Below are positions 63,921 through 64,000 of a DNA stretch of 64,000 nt, in pieces. Position numbers and translations under genes: made by a program. Source of the stretch: Squalus acanthias (taxonomy: Eukaryota); the NCBI GenBank assembly GCA_030390025.1, contig CM059425.1, forward strand, positions 168,332,001-168,396,000, in the 5' to 3' direction. Positions within the stretch are counted from its first letter, which is position 1, and each line of letters opens with the position of its first letter. The notes beneath the pieces are model-generated. The model was given only the letters and a program-made list of their open reading frames with translations, ran no database searches and was not told the origin of the DNA.

Positions 63921-64000
63921 CATATTCTGCTTCTATTGCTTTTATTGTTCACATCCAGAACTAATGCATGTTAATTATGGCTGTTGGGGTTTGTTTATGC

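Noticed and set aside
1..64000. CRISPR arrays, operons or prokaryotic/viral coding systems
   Set aside because: No regularly spaced repeat-spacer arrays, and the long ORFs I could assign are vertebrate TEs or SLCO exons

Overview
Vertebrate genomic DNA, almost certainly a cartilaginous fish (shark): it carries HE1-type V-SINEs, shark-type CR1 LINEs, Neptune-like Penelope elements and Harbinger elements. The only host gene I can support is the 3' half of an organic anion transporter, best matching SLCO4C1 (OATP4C1), on the minus strand. It has 8 coding exons from 61933 to 23685, all GT-AG and phase-compatible, with a likely poly(A) signal near 21616. The 5' exons lie beyond the right edge. The rest is densely nested mobile DNA: two Penelope-like (RT + GIY-YIG) families carrying minimal hammerhead ribozymes, decayed Harbinger elements with a 3-exon Myb/SANT gene and many MITE derivatives, a ~1.39 kb solo LTR, CR1 fragments and several SINE families. 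The most interesting signals are (1) covarying minimal hammerheads, with one insertion ending exactly at the predicted self-cleavage site and fused to an inverted copy of local flank, (2) a Penelope family carrying a second, core-mutated hammerhead-like module, (3) a long solo LTR with a foamy-virus-like layout, and (4) a ~250 bp templated copy of a TE junction moved 26 kb. All family names come from recognising motifs by eye; no database search was run.
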